A model generated the notes under the pieces. That model saw nothing but the letters and a program-made list of their open reading frames with translations. It made no database searches and was not told where the DNA came from. Both the position numbers and the translations under genes were made by a program. Positions 63,598 through 64,000 of a DNA stretch of 64,000 nucleotides are shown here, piece by piece. The stretch is from the NCBI GenBank assembly GCA_047495785.1, contig JBLDXI010000033.1, positions 744,001 through 808,000 on the forward strand, given 5' to 3'. Each line of letters starts with the position of its first letter. Position 1 is the first letter of the stretch. Source of the stretch: Lepidodermella squamata (Eukaryota > Animalia > Gastrotricha).

Positions 63598-64000
63598 ATG
63601 AGTTCATTACGCATTAGTTTGATTTTTCTGTTTGTCAACTTTTCATTCCTTTATCCTGCGGAAGCATATGTCAGTTCCAGCAAATTCAGACTGAACAACG
63701 ATCGGGAAATGGCGAAAAATTCGTTGAAAAAGCTGCATGAAGCGCTGACAGCTGTAAATGAAGCTTGTAAGTCCTCTTCAACAAATGCTACAACAATCAA
63801 ACCATCGATTGGTCAATTAAACGATACCGGAAGTCTCCTGTGGAGCGGCTCGGACCACTGCGAGATAAAGCGAGCTTTATTAAGGCGGTTCGCGAAATCA
63901 ACCCTCAAAATGCTGAAGGACGCTAAAATCCGGCACGTTTCCGGAATTCATGGTTTCATTACTGAGCTATTCGACCATGACAAGAAACCTGTCAGCCGCT
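63598..64000 (+). CDS. Secreted protein, probable divergent family member, truncated by the window end
   Basis: MSSLRISLIFLFVNFSFLYPAEA signal, helix-C-linker-C-helix. The frame is open to the window edge. Confidence 0.6.
   Translation, partial: MSSLRISLIFLFVNFSFLYPAEAYVSSSKFRLNNDREMAKNSLKKLHEALTAVNEACKSSSTNATTIKPSIGQLNDTGSLLWSGSDHCEIKRALLRRFAKSTLKMLKDAKIRHVSGIHGFITELFDHDKKPVSR

Overview
This is eukaryotic DNA, most likely from an invertebrate animal (inferred). It has mostly short GT-AG introns of about 45-65 nt, AT-rich spacers and a TTAGGG tract. From left to right: (1) A recently inserted, internally deleted Ty3/gypsy-type LTR retroelement (183-5234) with integrase, a frameshifted env-like ORF and an antisense ORF. 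It sits in a duplicated copy of the promoter of the neighbouring small heat-shock gene. (2) An intronless glycine-zipper ORF, a MITE, a 5'-damaged tRNA-Gln and a small HSP with a long GLFG/Asn-rich N-terminus. (3) A 36 kb cluster (12.5-48.5 kb) of 13 divergent Cys-loop (nAChR-like) channel genes plus one pseudogene. These lack the vicinal Cys of loop C, and several have 14- or 15-residue Cys-loops. Further MITEs, a secreted three-finger (Ly6/LU) gene and two outlier members of a secreted helical 4-Cys family lie among them. (4) A tandem array (49.6-64 kb) of about 10 more genes of that unrecognised secreted family, which looks prohormone-like. Multi-exon gene models were assembled by eye, so their boundaries are approximate. 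No database searches were possible.
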